Below are positions 16,588-17,562 of a stretch of 17,562 bases of DNA, piece after piece (the stretch's first letter is position 1; each line of letters opens with the position of its first letter). Both the position numbers and the translations under genes were made by a program. The notes under the pieces were generated by a model. It searched no databases. It had not been told where the DNA came from and worked only from the letters and a program-made list of their open reading frames with translations. Source of the DNA: Myxococcota bacterium (GTDB lineage Bacteria > Myxococcota > JACRCW01); the NCBI GenBank assembly GCA_040752415.1, contig JBFMGU010000218.1, positions 1 to 17,562 of the forward strand, written 5' to 3'.

Positions 16588-17337
16588 GTGTTCTCCGCAG
16601 CGCTGTTGATGGCCATCTCGCTTGCCGCGGGGCACCCGGCGCCGGAGGACCACACCTTCCACGCCGTGCAGTGGTCCTTCCGGTCGCTGCCGCTCATCGA
16701 GGTGCTGCGGAACTTCGAGCGCATCACCGAGCTTCCCGTCGTGGTGGAGCCGGCCGCGCAGCCGCTGTTGGGATGTGTGCGTCTCTCCATCGGCAGCTCG
16801 GAGCTGGCCACCCTCGACGAGGCGCAGGCCCAGTTGGAAGAGCTCCTCGACGAGATGGGGATGACGTTGCGTCGGACACCGGAGCGCTGGGTCCTGGGGC
16901 GCAAGAAGGGCGCGGAGGTGCCGTGGGGCTGCAAGAAGCCGCTGCGCAAGCCGTACTTCCCGCATCCCGCCACGCTCGCCGAGGTGACGACGAAGGATCG
17001 CTCGCTGGCGAGGCCGCAGAGTCAGTCGCGGACGTATGACGTGTCACTGGGCGCGCGGTTCATCATGGCCTACGTCGACGGTCGGCCGCTGGGACTGAAG
17101 GTGTTCAGCATCCGCAAGAAGAGCCCGCTGCGCGCCGCCGGACTCGAGAATGGCGACGTCATCCTCACGGTCCACGGGGTCCCGATGGATGAGATGTCGC
17201 GCAGGGCGCTGCTGTTCCGGGCGGTCAGCATGGGGCGGGGGACGGTGGAGATTCGTCGTCGGGGAATGCCGGTGCGCCTGGAGCTGACGCCCCGTTCCGA
17301 CGACGCCGCCGCGCCGGATGCGGGCGTTCGGAACTAG
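16588..17337 (+). CDS. Secreted protein with secretin-N0/STN-like domain and C-terminal GspC-type PDZ domain
   Basis: GAGG before GTG 16588; signal peptide MFSAALLMAISLAA. aa ~27-105 (SFRSLPLIEVLRNFERITELPVVVEP...LDEAQAQLEELLDEMGMTL) resembles GspD N0/STN. aa ~155-235 (ARFI...DGRPLGLKVFSIRKKSPLRAAGLENGDVILTVHG...EIRRRGMPVRL) resembles GspC PDZ. Confidence 0.72.
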   Translation: MFSAALLMAISLAAGHPAPEDHTFHAVQWSFRSLPLIEVLRNFERITELPVVVEPAAQPLLGCVRLSIGSSELATLDEAQAQLEELLDEMGMTLRRTPERWVLGRKKGAEVPWGCKKPLRKPYFPHPATLAEVTTKDRSLARPQSQSRTYDVSLGARFIMAYVDGRPLGLKVFSIRKKSPLRAAGLENGDVILTVHGVPMDEMSRRALLFRAVSMGRGTVEIRRRGMPVRLELTPRSDDAAAPDAGVRN

Positions 17338-17562
17338 ATCCTCCATTGGGCATCCTCGAGGCGGCGACGCGGGCGAACACCGAAGGGGCTGCGTCAGGAT
17401 AAGTTGCCCATCTGGTCCTGGTCGCCTCCGGTGGACCACGACCTGGAGTGCGGCGGGCCCTCGCCGCCCTGGTCAGCGTCGAGCGGTTTGGACAACCGTC
17501 AAGGGTCCCCGCGCCGCGAGGCAGAGCCGCGCCCGACGTCCTTGCGCCCCCAGGGCTGTTCG

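Noticed and set aside
17385..17412. GGGGCTGCGTCAGGATAAGTT as a possible IS terminal inverted repeat
   Set aside because: No partner repeat and no transposase in the window; resemblance too weak to support.
17499..17561. Possible 3' end of a minus-strand gene (EQPWGRKDVGRGSASRRGDP*)
   Set aside because: Only 20 codons visible at the window edge; cannot be supported without adjacent sequence.

Overview
High-GC bacterial chromosomal window; the gene content (many secreted Cys-containing lipoproteins, an ECF/ZAS anti-sigma pair) suggests a myxobacterium, which is an inference. Left to right: a partial Cys-rich secreted protein (-), a GlsB/YeaQ/YmgE membrane protein (+), a 648-aa surface lipoprotein (+) and a ~350-bp multi-hairpin inverted repeat between convergent genes. 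Next is a minus-strand run of a heme-c/copper type II monooxygenase-like lipoprotein followed by glgX(treX)-treY-treZ (glycogen to trehalose). A divergent plus-strand cluster then encodes an M28 metallopeptidase lipoprotein, a two-repeat lipoprotein, an ECF sigma factor with a candidate autoregulated promoter, a zinc-binding anti-sigma factor and a secreted secretin-N0/STN-like plus GspC-type PDZ fusion. The most interesting items are the ECF/anti-sigma/N0-PDZ module, the CxxCH plus dicopper monooxygenase sitting 13 bp upstream of glgX, and the REPIN-like palindrome. All family calls are from motif recognition by eye; no searches were run.
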